Shown here one piece after another: positions 24,070-38,961 of a DNA stretch of 64,000 nucleotides. Numbering within the stretch: the first letter of the stretch is position 1; each line of letters starts with the position of its first letter. A program made the translations under genes and the position numbers. Below the pieces are notes generated by a model that saw nothing but the letters and a program-made list of their open reading frames with translations, had not been told where the DNA came from and searched no databases. The DNA is taken from contig OZ176052.1 of NCBI GenBank assembly GCA_964247055.1, positions 12,648,001-12,712,000 on the forward strand. Direction: 5' to 3'. The DNA is from Paragordius varius. Its lineage: Eukaryota > Animalia > Nematomorpha.

Positions 24070-27000
24070 CAGTATGCATTTTAATGTCTGTTAAGTAATT
24101 TTATTGCCTGCCAAATAACATAAATGGTTTATCAAAAGCGTAAAATACTGACCCACGAAATTATTTCGTAGTACACATATGAAAGAAGATTGACGTGAGA
24201 ATTAACATAGGCTTTAATTTGATGGATATTTTGTAATGTTAAATTTTGGGAATATTATAGCAATTTATGTTAACATTTGTAATATTGTTGTTACGTATTT
24301 AGATGCGGAATTTTGTGGGTTTTTATCTTTGATAATTAATAAATAGTAAAATACGTATTTTAAGATATTATGTTAATTATTCCTAAATTTAATAATAAAT
24401 ATTTTTCAACATGCTAAATACCTGTATTAATTAATCTTGGTATCATAATATTATATAGTTGTTATTACTAATTAAAAAAACACAGGTAAATATATATTTG
24501 TGAAAATTTAAGTAGATTTTTGTCTTTTATGTTTTGCATTATTTTTATCAGGTAAAAATTGCTGTTTTTAATAAATTTCCTAAAAATTAAGTTTTTTTTG
24601 TTTTTTTTAGGTTTTGCATTGTTAATTGTAACTAACTACTGCATATTTTGGACATTATAATAATTACAAAATTTAATAAAAAGTTAATTTTTTTGTTTTA
24701 GAGGATTTTCATTGTTAATTGTAATTAATTAATTTTGGACATTTCAATTAATAAAGGTAAAAAATGAGGTTGTTTTTATATTTAATAAAATTTAATATTT
24801 TCTTGTTTTTTTATTTAATATTGTTAATTGTAATTAATTACTACATATTTGGAAATTTTAATAAATACAGGTGAAAATGGCGGTTTTTAACAAATTTCAA
24901 ATGTAACATTTTTTGTATCTTGTATCATTGTTATTTAATTAATTACTAAATATTTCGGACATTTAAAAAACTTGTGTAAATTGCGGTTTTTATTAAATTA
25001 GTAAATTTTATTTTTTGTTCAACCTTGCTAATTTATTTATCACTATATATTTGTGATACATTGATATATACAGGTAAAAATTACTATGACTTGCGGTTTT
25101 TTGAATTTTTTAAAATATTTTTTTTACATTGATAACTTATATAATAAATATAGTTAACATATCTGAGTAGGTAAAAATGCATGTTACGGTTTTATGTTTG
25201 ACATTTTATTTTCCATCAACTATTTATATTTTAACAAACAACATATGTCACCAAAGATTGAAAATAAGATCAAGATATATAAAACATCTTTTAAAGTATC
25301 TGAATATCACCAAATATAAATAAATTTATTTAAATTATAAATGTATAATTATACAAAATATTCATATTATGTTTGAAATTAACATTCTTCTTATTGATAT
25401 TAATACAGGTAATTTGTTTATATAAATGATGTACGATGCGGTGTGCATTCATGATGATCATATGGATTCAAGAATAGTATAAGATGTAGATAATCCTGAA
25501 AATTTTAATCACCATCATTTTTTAGGTAGATTCTATCACCTAAAATATAAGATAATTGATATATTAGAAAATTGATACCTGGATTAAATATTGGGGGAAA
25601 CATTCATAGTTTGAAAGGGAACTCAAAAGGTTGACTTGGCTTTTTAACAACTAAATTTGCAAAAAAATATTTTCTTCATGATAAAAAATTCAAAAATGAT
25701 ACCTTATTTTACGTTTTCGTTTTACCATCCTAAACTATAAATATAAAAAATTATTCTTCACCAAAGCAAACAATGTTAGTGTTGCCTGCTTTTGGAGTGC
25801 TGTTGCATTCCAAGCTTTTGAAAAAAATTATTTGCTTCTATTTTCTATTTGACGTCATTGGTATGGTGAAATCATATAAGCCTTTTCATATTTATAGTTT
25901 AGGATGGTAGAACGAAAAAAAACATAAAGTATCATTTTTGAATATTTTATCATGAAGAAAATATTTTTTTGCAAATTTAGTTGTTAAAAAGCCAAGTCAA
26001 CCTTTTGAGTTTCCTTTCAAACTATGAATGGTTCCCCCAATATTTCCAGGTATCAATTTTCTAATATATCAATTATCTTATATTTTAGGTGATAGAATCT
26101 ACCTAAAAAATGATGGTGATTAAAATATTCAGGATTATCTACATCTTATACTATTCTTCAATCCATATGATCATCATGAACGCACACCGCATCGTACATC
26201 AATTATATAAACAAATTACCTGTATTAATATCAATAAGAAGAATGTTAATTTCAAACATAATATGAATATTTTGTATAATTATACATTTATAATTTAAAT
26301 AAATTTATTTATATTTGGTGATATTCAGATACTTTAAAAGATGTTTTATATATCTTGATCTTATTTTCAATCTTTGGTGACATAAGTTGTTTGTTAAAAT
26401 ATAAATAATTGATGGAAAATAAAATGTCAAACATATAACCGTAACATGCATTTTTACCTACTCAGATATGTTAACTATATTTATTATATAAGTTATCAAT
26501 GTAAAAAAAATATTTTAAAAAATTCAAAAAACCGCAAGTCATAGTAATTTTTACCTGTATATATCAATGTATCACAAATATATAGTGATAAATAAATTAG
26601 CAAGGTTGAACACAAAATAAAAATTACTAATTTAATAAAAACCGCAATTTACACAAGTTTTTTAAATGTCCAAAATATTTAGTAATTAATTAAATAACAA
26701 TGATACAAGATACAAAAAATGTTACATTTGAAATTTGTTAAAAACCGCTATTTTCACCTGTATTTATCAAAATTTCCAAATATGTAGTATACAATTAACA
26801 ATATTAAATAAAAAAACAAGAAAATATTAAATTTTATTAAATATAAAAACAACCTCATTTTTTACCTTTATTAATTGAAATGTCCAAAATTAATTAATTA
26901 CAATTAACAATGAAAATCCTCTAAAACAAAAAAATTAACTTTTTACTAAATTTTGTAATTATTATAATGTCCAAAATATGCAGTAGTTAGTTACAATTAA

Positions 27001-27893
27001 CAATGCAAAACCTAAAAAAAACAAAAAAAACTAAATATTTACTGAATTTGTTAAAAACCGCAATTTTTACCTGTAATTATTAAAATGTCCAAAATATGTA
27101 GTAGTTAATTACAATTAACAATGCAAAACCTAAAAAAACAAAAAAAACAAAATTTTTACTAAATTTGTTAAAAACCGCAATTTTTACCTGTAATTATTAA
27201 AATGTCCAAAATATGTAGTAGTTAATTACAATTAACAATGCAAAACCTAAAAAACTAAATTTTTAGTAAATTTATTAAAAACCGCAATTTTTATCTCTAT
27301 TTATTATAATGTCCAAAATATGTAGTAATTAATTACAACTAACAATGCAAAACCTAAAAAAACAAAAAAACTAAATTTTTAGGAAATTTATTAAAAACCG
27401 CAATTTTTACCTGATAAAAATAATGCAAAACATAAAAGACAAAAATCTACTTAAATTTTCACAAATATATATTTACCTGTGTTTTTTTAATTAGTAATAA
27501 CAACTATATAATATTATGATACCAAGATTAATTAATACAGGTATTTAGGATGTTGAAAAATATTTATTATTAAATTTAGGAATAATTAACATAATATCTT
27601 AAAATACGTATTTTACTATTTATTAATTTATCAAAGATAAAAACCCACAAAATTCCGCATCTAAATACGTAACAACAATATTACAAATGTTAACATAAAT
27701 TGCTATAATATTCCCAAAATTTAACATTACAAAATATCCATCAAATTAAAGCCTATGTTAATTCTCACGTCAATCTTCTTTCATATGTGTACTACGAAAT
27801 AATTTCGTGGGTCAGTATTTTACGCTTTTGATAAACCATTTATGTTATTTGGCAGGCAATAAAATTACTTAACAGACATTAAAATGCATACTG
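24070..27893. mobile_element. 3.8-kb Tc1/mariner-type foldback element made almost entirely of inverted repeats
   Basis: TA|CAGTATGCATTTTAATGTCTG...CAGACATTAAAATGCATACTG|TA; arms ~24070-25749 and ~25883-27893, spacer ~130 bp; internal ~107-118 bp tandem repeats; empty site ATATATCGAATTCGG-like in other units; no transposase. Confidence 0.88.
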
Positions 27894-30073
27894 TATATCG
27901 AATTCGGAGACATAAAATGTATCATACATATATTCGTATTTTAAAATAACTAAATTTACTGGCTTTAATAAGTGGATGTTACATAAAAAAACCTTAAATT
28001 TCAATTAATATTTTTAAAATCTTGATTTAAACTTTTTTATGAAAACAATATATGGTAAAATAGATTTATAAAAGTTTTCTAATTGCTAAATAAGTAAATG
28101 AGCGAAGAAATGCAAAAATAGATTTTTAAATATTAACCTTAAATTAATTTATGGTGACTTAAGATGTAAAAAGTTAAATTATAAATATAATGAGATAAAA
28201 AATATGTTTTTTAATCAATCGCAAAATTTAGTAATATATATTAAATTGCTAATAAATTTCATTTTCCTTTTCAGCTACTTATAAATCACATATTCAAACG
28301 GTTAATGGGCCAGCCTGTAAAATTTAGGCGTTTTGGGCAAAAATCATAATTTTGAAATTGTATGAAATTGTCATTTTTATATCTTTTATATAAAACTTTA
28401 TAAATTTAGATTTAACAAAGCTATTAATTTATATATTAGCTTATATCTTTGATGCAATTTAAAAAAATAAAAAAAAATCATATAGTAGAACCACTTGGTT
28501 AAATATATTTAAAAGTAAAACTTAATCATTTAAATAAGTTGTGAAAATTTTATAATTTATTTGATAAAATGGGATACTGGTATTTGGGCTCTTTTTTATT
28601 TAATGAGGTATAATTGTTTACAGAAAAATTATTATATGATTTACAAAGATGTAACATTTTTGTTAAATTGGAAACAAATGAATTCTGGCATTGACGCTTG
28701 TGGGTATGTTGTATTTTTGATAAAATTGTTGTATTGACCCTCCTATTGACCCTCCTATTGACTCGTATTATTAATGTTTTCAGCTAGACCCGGGTTTGCC
28801 TTTTTGGCTCTTATATTAAAAAAGATTGGATAATCTCGTCTATATCCCTTGTCCGGATTAACAATGAGAAAATTGGTTTGTATCTTCCAAAGTACCGTCG
28901 CCCTTAACAACGTTAAGTGGTAAAGAAATTCAAACTCTTAATGATGCGTATATTAAACTATTAAAAAATTGACATATTTTGGCTCTAAGCTTTTTGATGA
29001 AAGGTAAGACTGCTGTTCAAATAGGAATTTTAAAATTTGATTCGTATTTTGTTTCATCCAAAAGTTTTGATTGCTAGGTTTCCTAGGTTACCATGCACCA
29101 ACTTCGCGAACCATTTTATATCAAACACACATGTTCGAGGTCAATACCAACTACTTTCACCGCGTGGTGTTGCTTAAAAACTTGCAGCCTGTGTATGGCG
29201 AATTGGAAGATCGACTTGAGAAAATCGTAGTCTCTTAGGACATGCTCCAGCCTGGTGAGGTACTCTAGTCTCTCAATTTAAAGAGGTTTGTTTATAAAGG
29301 TATATACTTATTAGAATAATAAAAAACCGAGTTTCGTATTATTGTGCGATAAATTTTTTACCCTCGATTAATTTGTTTTTATCTAAAACCTTAACTAATA
29401 AAAAAATTTTGATATTCTTTATTCGTCCAAAGACAAATATCTAAAACTTTAAATAATATATTATACTTTCCCAGAATTAATTTTTGAGAATCTTTATTGA
29501 GCGACAAGCATCTAAAACCTTAACTAATCAAAAAAATTTTGAGAATCTATTATTGGTCCAAAGACAAATATTTAAAACTATTAATATTTAAATATTATAC
29601 TTTATACTTTTTATTAATATATTTTTCAACTTGTAATATTCACCGAAATACAAGGAATATCAAAATTTGATTCGTATTTCGTTCATTTACCAAAGGTGGT
29701 GCTTAAAAACTTAAAGACAGTGTAGGGCAAATTGGGAAAATCGACTTTTGAAAATCGTAGTCTCTTGGGAACTCTATCCTATTGGGATAAATATTACAAG
29801 GATCCTTGTATTGGGATGAATATTACAAGTTGAAAAATATATAAATATGAAAAAGTATAATATTTGAGTTTTAGATATTTGTTTTTGGACGAATAATAGA
29901 ATAAAAATTATATGATTAGTTAAGGTTTTAGATACCTGTCTCTGAATATAGATTCTTAAAATAACTTAATTCTGGAAAAGTATAATATTTGATTATTTAA
30001 AGCAGTTTTTTAAAATTATTAACTTTAAACCTTTATTAAATGATTACATATATTTTTGAAATATGAAATTTAG

Positions 30074-30162
30074 TATCGAACCGTAGATCTTGAAGGTACC
30101 GCCAAATGTTCCGAATTTACAGGGAAATTTGTCGTAAACTCGAACAAATGCCAATTAAATAA
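30074..30162 (+). pseudogene. IDH3A: Duplicated IDH3A terminal exon, copy 3 (frameshifted)
   Basis: Same acceptor, same G>E change and same 1-nt deletion as copy 2. Confidence 0.9.
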
Positions 30163-31954
30163 GTGTTTTGCCAGAATTTTCTTATCAACATCACTCAAAT
30201 TTAATATGAAATGCATTTGAATTATAGCCATCAATTAATTTATAATACTCCTATTCAAATTATATGATATGAGCATAATATGACTGCTTTTCAAGAACAT
30301 GATATATTTACTTACTAAAGGTTAGGGTTGTACGACATTACATTTTTAAATTTTTATGGAAAACATTTTAAGTTTTATAGCGAATTTGTTGTGTGATATT
30401 TCATAATTAGAAATAAATATGTATTTATATTTGATTTATTATCGATATTCAAATTTTTAATCATTGTGCGTAAAAATGTCAATAATGACGCTTTATTGTA
30501 CCTTTTACTTTTATAATATTTAAAAAATAGGATAATTTTATGGTTGGGTTTTAAAGTAAGGATTATTGCAGGACAGCTAAAACTGAATAAACCTATAGCT
30601 ATACCAGATGCAGTTATAAATTACTGTTTTTTTGGTAAAAAAAATGTTATTATTAAATGAATCAATTATTTTTATTCTAAATACTGTACATCGGCTTCTA
30701 CACCTTTCTCCCATCTTTGTAATTATATGAATGCCTTGCCAGAAAGACTTATTGCATCTTTTGGCAAACCATTGATTAAAACATTTTCCAACATCTTATA
30801 TATTATTCAAGTGCTGTTCTGCCGGGGTCTTCCCCATTGATAAGGGCGTCAGGTCAGAAGGGTATCTTAAGCTGTCTTTTACAGGTTTTGCTGTGTATTA
30901 CGGAATATATCATATTATATAATATATATTATTTTTTAAAATTAAAATTTTATTCATGCTATTTTAAGGATGGTGGAACCGATATAAAAATAACGTTAGT
31001 TTGCCTACAAATTTAATTTAAATATAAATGTTTTTAATTTACTCAAATTTGGGATTAATTAAACTAATCAAAATTTCGAGGATAGAAATGTTGAGCATTA
31101 AAAAAATTATATAGAAAAAGTGATTTTATAACATACTAAAATGTTTTTTACCATTTCACTTTTCAAAATATTATAAAGTTCGCATTAACAAAATTATGCT
31201 ATTTAAATTTTTAAGTAAAACATTCATTTTTTCGAAAAAATTTATTGATGTCAAAATTTGGGAATATTTAATTTTGATTGCGCAATATCGATATTTTCGC
31301 GTTTGGTTTTAGAAAACTAGCCCATTTTATAAGGGATCAAAAATTTGCGACTATTGGAATCTATGTCTAAAATTTCTGAATTTATATAAATATTGTTATC
31401 CATTTTAATATAGTTTAAAATTTAATGGTATTTTTTGGATTGAAACGTTTACCTTTTCCCATAAAATTATCGTTTGATAGAATGTGCATTTTACAATTTT
31501 TTGGTATTCAGTAATTGCTACAATAATGCTATTAACCTTCTTATATCATTCGTAAGGTCCGATACCAGAAACACCATCAGAATCCTATATACTATTAGAA
31601 TTTATATATCATCAGGATATTTTTGAGTACACTGTGTAATTCAATGATGCTGAAGTATTCTATAATCTTAGATTTTTTATAAAATGTTTTTTGATTACAA
31701 ACTTTGGTCGATTATTTTTTTGTGAAATACACATACACAGAGGTGTAGTTTGCATTTCTGGCGCCTGGTTGAATGCGTGATGACGTCCCGCTCCCTCTCC
31801 ATGCACCCCCTTGCATTTTATAAAATAATCAAATTCAAACCGTGGTCATGATCACTCATAAATGGGTCATTTTCTTATTTATTTAAAATAATAACTTTCA
31901 AATACCTATTTGTATATATTAAAATTATTTTTGTTTCCGGCGCCCTTTTAACTA

Positions 31955-32529
31955 TACCATTTGCATTTTAAGAGTGTCCTTGCCTTTAACTTTTTTGTTT
32001 TGTTTTTAATTTTTATCAATCAAATTGTAAATAATTCATTTCTTTTATTGTTTTTGACCTATTTTCTATTATTCAACATAAATTTTAAATCGATATAAAC
32101 TTTTGATTGAGAAACCGTATATCTTTATTAATTTCTTGAACTAATTTTGAATATTTAAAAGATTTTAACAGGAAATGAAAAAACATATAAGTTTGGGTTA
32201 TTAAAAGTTTTTCATTATAAACATTAAAAAGTCAAAAATTTTGTTCAATTGAAAAAAATAGTTTGAAACAAAAAAGTGGTTTTTTATAAAAAATTTTATT
32301 TTTATTGAATAAATATATAATAAATAAAGAAAATTAGGCTAATAAATAATAAAATAAAAAATAAATGCAAAAATTATGGTTAAATCAAAATTTATAAATT
32401 TTAAGGACTAACTTGAAATGTTCAAGGACCAACTTAAAATGTTTAAGGACCAACTTGAAATGTTTAAGGACCAACTTGAATAAGGACCAACTTGAAGTGT
32501 TCAAGGACACTCTTGAAGTACAAATGGTA
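31955..32529. mobile_element. MITE 'V' (575 bp), TA-flanked, with 21-bp subterminal repeats
   Basis: Ends TACCATTTGCATTTTAAGAGTGTCCTTG / CAAGGACACTCTTGAAGTACAAATGGTA; tandem AAGGACCAACTTGAAATGTTC repeats; inserted in the hAT-like MITE at AACTAT(G/A)GCGCC, which is empty in U1, U2, U5. Confidence 0.8.
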
Positions 32530-35500
32530 TATAGCGCCGGTGCATCCTTCCTTTCCTCAATCTAGCTATACCACTGATTTCCCATTTAACTTAATTTAAA
32601 AAGGAATGAATTTAATGAAAAATCTGATTATATAGAAAAAGTATTTTTACATTATAGGGCTTGTTTTTACCTTTTGTAACAAGTTCAACATAACATAAAA
32701 TACTGTTAACAAATAAATTTAATTTGAGGAGCATATGCGTTAAAAAAATTGATGCCATATTCTAGCATAATTCTTATCGCACAAGTCGACATTAGAAAAC
32801 AGTCCATTTTGAAGGGGCCTAGATATTTAAAAATTTCCGCCCCATCCAAAATTAATTTTTAAATATAAAATTTTGCTTTTTATATATAGTTTGCTATGAA
32901 TGATATTTTTGAATAATATTTCATCCTATAACACCCCCCGATTTCGGAATTAGTGCAATAAGTTGTGTGACAAAGTTGCTCATTTAGTAAAATTAATTTT
33001 TTTAAATTTATTATCACAATCAATTTTTTTAAAAAAATCTCATAAAATAGCCTTTTTAAAGGATATATTTTGACAATTCTCAAAGCTTAGTTTGATAGCC
33101 CATAAAAATATTTAGTTTTTTTTGATAACATCTAGATCCATACAATAGAATATTCCCCATAATTGTGCGTGGATTCGTAACGATTTCGATACGGCTTAAT
33201 TGTCTAATTAGAGAACTTAAAAATCTTTTAAATATAAGATCGATTAATCTAAAAATGCTTAAATTTTAGCCATATCCTGGACCCCTTAATTTTGCAGCAC
33301 CTTCCAATAAGTGTTCACTTAATGAGTATCACATCTTATTATCATGATTTGAAAATCGGACCAAAGTTGATTACAAATTTAAGTATCTATTTAATTCTAG
33401 GCATATCTATCTTTTTTCATTATTTAGCAAATACGCTGGCAACAGTACTCGTATGTCGGCCACTTTCATGATTATCGTATTTTGGACGCTATTATATTTC
33501 AATTACAGTGAAAAAAATACGTCAATTATTGATTCATATGTTAACTGCCAACATTATTATTATAGTAAAGTATTTAAAACATTTTTCTCTCGATTTCTAT
33601 AAACTTGAAAAGCTTTAAGACGTTTTATCAACCTTCACACTAGAAAAGATGATTTATTGAGTGCTATTATAGATTCAAAATTCATTTTATTAAATATACA
33701 TGAAATTGGTCTAATAAGAACAATTAACAATTTTTTACATGTCTTTATTTTTATAGAATGTTCTACGCCTATATCCAATTTATTCCATTCAGTTAATATA
33801 CATTGAAAGCATTTTCAGACTTGGGAACCTAAAAAAGTAAATATTTAATTAAGTATTTCGATATTTTATAATATAGAGAACTCTATACAGCGGCTCTTTC
33901 TACTACTCATATAATTTTAAAGTACATTTTATTTTAAAAGAAAAGTTAATAACAAAAGCCTACAATTAGGTTTGAATCTTTCGTAAGTGGACTTTACTAT
34001 ATATAAAGTATCAGTGGGTAGGAGAGTAGAATTTCAGTTCAAAACCGCCGGGCCGCATGTAAAAGATGTAAATACATGGGCATTTGCTTAGATTTCAATC
34101 AATGTTAGTGTTGTGAACATCTAAAAGAAGAAATCTTTTTCCAAAAACGATCTGTAATGCATAAACGTATAAAATTTCAAAAAATAGAGAACACTCAAAA
34201 ATACATTGGATATTCATACATCTTTGTCCTCTTTAAATGATATATTAGAAATTTTGAAAAAGAATTTATACCACTTTTTCTGTTGCTTATATTTGGATTT
34301 GCATTCTTTAAATTATTTATAACATTTTTAATGATTTGAAAATTAATATAATTTGTTTCGGATTTATAATTGTCCGATTACAATTAGAATTGGCCAATGT
34401 AGATGATAGAAATAAGTATTTAAATAAATAAAAAATGATTTATCGGTGTTCAAAATCATATTCATTTTTTTCAAGTCTAATATATCTGATGCGATACCTA
34501 TATAATTAACAACATTTTTGCGAATTTCTATTATAAACTTATCATTAAAAAAGACTTTATTTGATCTCTAGCAATGAATTTCTTAATTTTGTTTGATGGT
34601 GGTTTTTTTCCTTTATAACATCTTTTAACGCAATTGACACGAATGCATACTGGGTAGGGACCAAGATCTATTTAGATTTATTTTTTATAAAAAATTGATC
34701 TAATTCTTATGGTTATCGTCTAAATTTAAATGAGTCCTAAAAAATGTTTTTTATTATAAAGAAGATAACGCTTTAAAAGTTGAGAAATATATGTGTTTAA
34801 ATTAAAGAAATGGATATAAATATTCCAGAATATGACATAAACACTTACAAAAATTTTTATAAAATGAAACGTATGATTATTTTTTTTGTAAAAAAAATTA
34901 ATTATAAAGAATATTTTTCGGTACCAACAATCAATTTTTGTTTATATTTAAACGTATTTATTAATACTTATTTAATAAAGAAGTTAATATTTTGCTTTAC
35001 AACGTTTAACATACATGTTAATAAGTATGAATAAATTCTAAATTTTATGTGTAAAACTTTCCAAAATTTAATTTTTATTATTCTTTAATACCTGCTTAAT
35101 TTTTATGCAGAATGCAATGAGGATCAACCCAATTAGTGGAAATTCGGGAAACTTAAGTCGCTTGAATGATGAATTTTGTGGTAAATTTTTTCAATACTGA
35201 ATATTTTTATTTTAGCATTCCAATATTGAGAATAATAATAGATGTTGCACACACAAAGTTTATTAATCATTACCATTTAAAAGCTTAACAATTTAATGAT
35301 TTTTGGAATAAAAAATCTGGTTAAAATACTAGGAATAATTTGTTTACCTTTAATTATCTATTTGCCAAAATCAAAATCACACTTTTCGCGCACTTTTCAT
35401 ATAAGTGCTTAAAATAGGGGGATACGCTTAAATTTTATTTTTTATAAGTTCTATAGAGATCATCTCAAATCAGTGTATATATAACTCTTTACGATAATAT

Positions 35501-35655
35501 TTAAAAGGTACAATAGCTGATACATTTTATTTAAATATTTCATTACTAATAAAAAATATTTACCTGTATTACCGGTTTATAAATTATTAAAAGCATAGAA
35601 AAAGGTATTATAGGAATTTTGCGTTATAGAGAAATTAGCCTAAGAACATAACATA

Positions 35656-35691
<36 letters not shown>

Positions 35692-35857
35692 TACAATTTA
35701 AAGATTTCTATTGCTTCAGTCATTTAAATTAAAAACTTTTTTATCCGTAAGCCGGAATCAAAAACTTAAGTTGCGCCAATATAATTAGAATTTTAGGGAT
35801 TAATACCTGCTAATCAAACAATTAAGGCGATGGAAATTCTTATAAACATCATATTGT

Positions 35858-35892
<35 letters not shown>

Positions 35893-36411
35893 CGAATTCG
35901 GAAACAAAAATGTATTATACCTAAATTCGTATTTTAAAATAACTAAATTTACTGGCTTTATTAAGTGGATGTTACATAAAAAAACCTTAAATTTCAATTA
36001 ATATTTTTAAAATCTTGATTTAAACTTTTTTATAAAAACAATATATGGTACAATAATAGATTTATAATTCTAATTGCTAAATAAGTAAATGAGCGAAGAA
36101 ATGCAAAAATAGATTTTTTAATATTAACCTTAAATTAATTTATGGTGACTTAAGATGTAAAAAGTTAAATTGTAAATATAACTGAGATGAAAAATATGTT
36201 TTTTTAATCAATCGCAAAATTTAGTAATATATATTAGATTGCTAATAAATTTCATTTTCCTTTTTAGCTACTTATAAATCACATATTCAAACGGTTAATG
36301 GGCCAGCCTGTAAAATTTAGGCATTTTAGGCAAAAAAAACAAAATATTGAAATTGTATGAAATTTTATATCTTTTATATAAAACTTTATAATAGATTTAA
36401 CAAAGCTATTA

Positions 36412-36447
<36 letters not shown>

Positions 36448-38871
36448 CATATATCAATGATGCAATTAAAAAAAAATAAAAAATATAGTAGAACCAAATG
36501 TAACTTAATCATTTAAATAAGTTGAGATAATTTTATAAATTTATATTCAAAAACTATTAATATATTTTACTTACATCTTTGATACAGTTTTTATTAAAAT
36601 TAAATAAAAAATTTTATACACTTGAGAACCACTGGTTAAGTATATTTTAGAATAAAATTTAACTATTAAAATAAGTTAAGAAAATTTACAATTTAATTAA
36701 TAAAATGGATATTTGACTTTTTTTATAAAAAAATTATCATCATTTTAATTTATTCAAATACTGGTATTTGCCTTTCATTTAATTATATGTAATGGTTTGA
36801 TTATTTAATGAGGTAAAATTGTGTACAGAAAAATCATATATATGATTAATAAATGTTGGTTTTATAAACCATATTTGATTAATCTGGCATACTTGAAGCT
36901 TGAGGGTATGTTGTATTTTTGCTAAAATTGTTGTAATGACCCTCCTATTGACTCGTATTATTAATGTTTTCAGCTAGACCCGGGTTTGCCTTTTTGGTTC
37001 ATATGTTTAAAAAGATTGGATAATCTCGTCTATATCCCTTGTCCGGATTAATACAATGAGAAAATTGGTTTGTATCTTCCAAAGTACCTGTCGCCCTTAA
37101 CTCCGTTTTAAAGTGGTAAAGAAATTCAAACTCTTAATGATGCGTATGTTAAACTATTAAAAAATTGACATATTTTGGCTCTAACCTTTTTTATGAAAGG
37201 TAAGACTGCTGTTCAAATAAGAATTTTAAAATATATTCGTTTTGTTCATTCATCCAAAAGTTTTGATTGCCAGGTTTCCTAGGTTACCATGCACCAACTA
37301 CCCGAACCATTTTGTATCAAACACACATGTTCGAGGTCAATACCAACTATTTTCACCGCGTGATGTTGCTTAAAAACTTACAGCCTGTGTATGGCGAATG
37401 GGGAAAATTGACTTGAGAAAATCGTAGTCTCTAGTTTATAAAGGTATATACTTATTAGAATAATAAAAAACCGAGTTTCGTATTATTGTGCGATAAATTT
37501 TTTACACTCGATTAATTCGTTTTTGGGATAACCATTTTATGATAGATCTCTATTAAGGTCGTAACTGATTTTTAAGCTGGAAGATCAATAATTTAATTCC
37601 AAAAAGTATATTATTTTTAAGCTTTCGATATTTATTTGAGAAAATATTAAATAAAAAAAGTATAGTATTTTATTATTTTAAAAAGTTGTTTTTATTCAGA
37701 TGATGGTTTTATTATTTACGGTGATTTTATAGCAATAATACAAAAATAGTATATTATAGTGTTTTAAGAGCTTAATATTGTATCAGCAAAAAATTAAAAA
37801 TAATTAAAAATTTAATATTTTTTTTCTTTTAAATTATAAAATTCAATCACAACCGCAATACTATAAAACCATTATCTGACTTTAAAAACTTTTAATAATA
37901 AAATACTATACTTTTTCCTTTTCTATTTTCATGTATTTTCTTAAAATAAATTACATAATAAAATATTTTATTTTTTTGTAATTATATACTTTAGATTATA
38001 TAATATTCATCTCTCAATATAATTATCTAAAACTTTAAAAAATAAATTATACTTTTTAAAAACACAAAAATCTAAAACCTTAAATAATAAAAAAATTTTG
38101 ATATCCTTTATTCGTCCAAAAACAAATATCTAAAACTTTAAATAATATATTATACTTTCCCAGAATTAATTTTTGAGAATCTTTATTGAGCGACAAGCAT
38201 CTAAAACCTTAACTAATCAAAAAAATTTTAAGAATCTATTATTGGTCCAAAGACAAATATCTAAAACTAACTATAAATATTTAAATATTATACTTTATAC
38301 TTTTTATTAATATATTTTTCAACTTGTAATATTCACCGAAATACAAGGAATATCAAAATTTGATTAGTATTTTGTTAATTCATCCAAAAGTTTTGAGTAC
38401 CAGGTTTCCTAGGTTACCATACACCAACTTTCCAAACAATTTTGTATCAAACACATGTTCGAACTCAATTCCAACTACTTTCACCGCGTTGTGTTGTTAA
38501 AAACTTACAGACTGTGTAGGCAAATTGGGAAAATCGACTTTTGAAAATCGTAGTCTCTTGGGGCATGCTCAAGCCTATTGGGATGAATATTACCAGGATC
38601 CCTGTATTGGGATGAATATTACAAGTTGAAAAATATATAAATATGAAAAAGTATAATATTTTAGTTTTAGATATTTGTCTTTGGACGAATAATAGAATAT
38701 TAAAATTATTTGATTAGTTAAGGTTTTAGATACTTGTATCTGAATATAGATTCTCAAAATAACATAATTCTGGAAAAGTATAATATTTAATTATTTAAAG
38801 CAGTTTTTTAAAATTATTAACTTTAAACCTTTATTAAATGATTACATATATTTTTGAAATATGAAATTTAG

Positions 38872-38961
38872 TATCGAACCGTATATCTTGGAGGTACCGC
38901 CAAATGTTCCGAATTTACGGGGGAAATTTGTCGCAAACTCGAACAAATGCCAATTAAATAA
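38872..38961 (+). other. IDH3A: Duplicated IDH3A terminal exon, copy 4 (frame intact, D>Y)
   Basis: AG|[29 protein letters not shown]; 90 nt, as in the genic exon. Confidence 0.9.

Noticed and set aside
32405-32512. 21-bp repeats resembling a CRISPR array (also 18680-18750, 40790-40885, 42795-42905)
   Set aside because: The repeats are contiguous with no unique spacers, there are no cas genes, the context is eukaryotic, and they are subterminal repeats of MITE V.
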